Source of the DNA: a virus
Taxonomy: Duplodnaviria > Heunggongvirae > Uroviricota > Caudoviricetes
IMG/VR virus record: IMGVR_UViG_2737471861_000021
DNA: 27,857 bases
Reading direction: 5' to 3' (one strand)
In this document: positions 26,787 through 27,857 of the stretch, one piece after another
Position numbering within the stretch: position 1 is the first letter of the stretch
Layout: the number at the start of each line of letters is the position of its first letter
Position numbers and translations under genes: made by a program
The notes under the pieces: generated by a model
What the model saw: only the letters and a program-made list of their open reading frames with translations
Databases searched by the model: none
What the model was told of the DNA's origin: nothing

Positions 26787-27326
26787 TTAATTAAACCAGC
26801 TGTCCGATTTGTTCTCTTCTGCTTTGCCCACGCTTTTCATCAGATCGCGACCGCCTTCAGTCATATTTCTGTTGGCGTCAGCTTCAGATTGCACCACATC
26901 GGTTTGCGCAGCTTTGTGCTTCAGTTCCTGATCGATAAATTCGTTTTCTCGCTTAACGCGGGCTTCTTCTTTTGCCAGCGCCAGTTTTTGTTTCTGAATC
27001 TCTAAGCTGCGTAGCTCATCTTCATAACTTTGATCGCGTTTTTTGTCCGCAGAGGCTTCGGCGTCCAGTTTATCCTGACGAGCTTTCTTATTTGCCGCTG
27101 CCGTTGCCGCTCTTTTGTTAGCGGCGGCCTGGGCATTTGCGCGACGTTGCTTCTCTTGCTGGATTTCCCTGTTGCGCTCCGCGACCCATTCGTCATGCTG
27201 CCTTTGCTCTTCATTTTTACCTTGCTGTTCAGCTTCTGCTACAGCAGAGAGTTGATCCTGCAATGATGAGGCGATAGCCGGATAGCTTAAGGAGGCCAAG
27301 ATGGCGCAAAGAAAAACTTTCTTCAT
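26787..27326 (-). CDS. Secreted/periplasmic coiled-coil protein, function unknown
   Basis: 179 aa with a signal peptide (MKKVFLCAILASLSYPAIASS) and a highly charged Ala/Lys/Glu/Gln-rich helical remainder; RBS present. Confidence 0.6.
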   Translation of the reverse strand: MKKVFLCAILASLSYPAIASSLQDQLSAVAEAEQQGKNEEQRQHDEWVAERNREIQQEKQRRANAQAAANKRAATAAANKKARQDKLDAEASADKKRDQSYEDELRSLEIQKQKLALAKEEARVKRENEFIDQELKHKAAQTDVVQSEADANRNMTEGGRDLMKSVGKAEENKSDSWFN

Positions 27327-27341
27327 GACTCCTCCTGATTA

Positions 27342-27857
27342 TTAGCTCTTTTCAGGACATTTAGTATTTGGCTGAATACGCGTTTCGTTATACGTTGTGG
27401 TAATAACAACGGCTAAACCTGTCGTAAACTGGCACTCTTTACCCACCTGGGTAGAGGTATACACTTTGGTGCCTTCCTTATATGTTAAAGAAACACCTTC
27501 CACTAAGGTTTTATCATTCACCATAGAACCCACTGCCGCGCCTACAGCTCCGCCGCCAACTGCCCCTGCCGTCGTTCCGGAATTGCTGCCAGAACCGACG
27601 TTGTGGCCGATAACACCGCCAGCGACTGCGCCAATAAGCGCGCCGAAGGCTTGTGCGTTCCGTTTATTTTGGGAGTTGTCTACGGCAACTTTTGCGGGAA
27701 GAATGGAAATAATATTAACGGTTTTAGTTTCTTGTTTGGTATTCAGTTGATCGGTTTGATAAACATCGGCGGCATGATCGTCAGCATTTGACTGGCATCC
27801 TGCCAGAGTGAATGACGCTAACATTGCCACAGGCAGAAGACATTTTTTAAATTTCAT
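27342..27857 (-). CDS. Outer-membrane lipoprotein with a glycine-zipper domain (YcfJ/SlyB/17-kDa-antigen-like)
   Basis: 171 aa. Signal peptide plus lipobox (LAGC) and a Gly-zipper segment 'GALIGAVAGGVIGHNVGSG...GGGAVGAAVGS' resembling YcfJ/SlyB-type lipoproteins (recollection). Its start codon is the last triplet of the window. Confidence 0.65.
   Translation of the reverse strand: MKFKKCLLPVAMLASFTLAGCQSNADDHAADVYQTDQLNTKQETKTVNIISILPAKVAVDNSQNKRNAQAFGALIGAVAGGVIGHNVGSGSNSGTTAGAVGGGAVGAAVGSMVNDKTLVEGVSLTYKEGTKVYTSTQVGKECQFTTGLAVVITTTYNETRIQPNTKCPEKS

Noticed and set aside
1-27857. CRISPR array, rRNA, IS element or integrase within the window
   Set aside because: No regularly spaced direct repeats, no rRNA-like sequence, no transposase-like or integrase-like ORF and no terminal inverted repeats were seen; the lysogeny module must lie outside this window.

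Overview
This window is almost entirely the late (packaging, virion, lysis) region of a temperate podovirus-type prophage in an enterobacterial genome. From memory, not from a search, the architecture matches epsilon15/phiV10/SPN1S-like phages. Gene order on the + strand: three small early-region genes (1-1209); small and large terminase (1328-3432); a reverse-oriented insert carrying a 123-aa gene and a tRNA-Arg(UCU) (3523-4169); a T7-like portal, scaffold and major capsid (4818-8489); small head/tail accessory genes, a gp11-like adaptor and gp12-like nozzle (8541-12774); internal core/ejection proteins (12774-20582); a tailspike (21229-23418); and a two-membrane-protein, GH19 endolysin, embedded Rz/Rz1 lysis cassette (24778-26590). 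On the - strand sit an AT-rich acyltransferase (23467-24585) and two envelope-protein genes at the right end (26787-27857). No integrase, repressor, CRISPR array, rRNA or IS element is visible. The most interesting signals are: (i) a near-consensus LexA (SOS) box directly upstream of a small divergent gene inside the tail module; (ii) a 14-bp palindrome TGTGACATGTCAC(G/A) found exactly three times, each at a gene 3' end; (iii) the reverse-oriented tRNA-Arg/123-aa insert plus about 430 bp of unexplained non-coding DNA between terminase and portal; (iv) a tailspike with an AT-rich, non-beta-helix-looking distal domain next to an AT-rich O-antigen-type acyltransferase; and (v) bor-like cargo genes after the lysis cassette. 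All family assignments come from reading the translated ORFs and need confirmation by profile or BLAST searches.
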